Shown piece by piece: positions 63,626 to 64,000 of a stretch of DNA of 64,000 nt. The DNA comes from Lama guanicoe (lineage: Eukaryota), in NCBI GenBank assembly GCA_013239625.1, contig MU053933.1:3712470-3776469 (forward strand), given 5' to 3'. Each line of letters begins with the position of its first letter. Positions within the stretch are counted from its first letter, which is position 1. The position numbers and the translations under genes were made by a program. Below the pieces are notes generated by a model, which was not told the DNA's origin, made no database searches, and saw only the letters and a program-made list of their open reading frames with translations.

Positions 63626-64000
63626 TTGTTGAGGGAAAGCTGTGACTCAGCTATGGTCATCAGAGACCTTAGCACAGCCAAGGAAACAATAGCTTAGCTT
63701 AAATTGAATACTATTTACCAACATCATTGACCATCATAACGTGTTATTGAGTCAGTGGTCACAGGACATTCAGAAATTACACATCCACATGCAAATCAGT
63801 AAATAGCTTGCTTTATTACCCCTCTGCTTACTGCTTAATCTCATACTTTGTCCTTATCACCTTCCCACCCCCCCCAAACAAGGCAAAGGATATAACTATG
63901 TAAGATTCAACTAACTCATCTAACAAACATATTGCCCTTACTTCACCAACCCAGTTACTATAACTAGAAATTGGCCTTTTAACTCTATCTGCCAACTGTT
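63626..64000 (+). mobile_element. Probable ERV LTR, runs off the window end
   Basis: Abrupt switch from antisense L1 (gaagttgctgaaccaagtgatagt) to tgttgagggaaagctgtgactcagc... with LTR-like composition. Confidence 0.45.

Noticed and set aside
1..64000. CRISPR arrays, operons, tRNA/rRNA genes
   Set aside because: Eukaryotic sequence. No repeat-spacer arrays or tRNA/rRNA signatures were seen.

Overview
Mammalian genomic DNA, probably a camelid. This is inferred from the absence of recognisable Alu, B1, Bov-tA, PRE-1 or SINEC elements and from a young L1 whose UTRs resemble artiodactyl/camelid L1s as I recall them. The window looks like a subtelomeric patchwork. From left to right it contains: the last two coding exons and 3' end of PRMT2 (+); a degenerate (CCCTAA)n telomere-like tract with an adjacent CTCF-like motif; an intact single-exon V1R vomeronasal receptor ORF (-); and a full-length ~7 kb lineage-specific L1, with TSD and both ORFs broken, nested in an older L1MB-like element. 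Next come a ~94 bp frameshifted V1R fragment embedded among L1 pieces, several solo ERV LTRs, and a ~11.7 kb block (29.1-40.8 kb) that recurs at 50.4-59.7 kb. Between the two copies sits an orphan copy of the PARD6G CpG island and exon 1 (-) with both start codon and splice donor mutated. The duplicated blocks are built from an older tandem unit (5 copies). Each unit carries two modules that match no TE I recognise and look like a promoter/first exon and a ~120 nt second exon of an unidentified + strand transcript. A U1 snRNA retrocopy is present in only one of the two block copies. Repeat family names are from memory of consensus sequences, and coordinates of old repeats are approximate.
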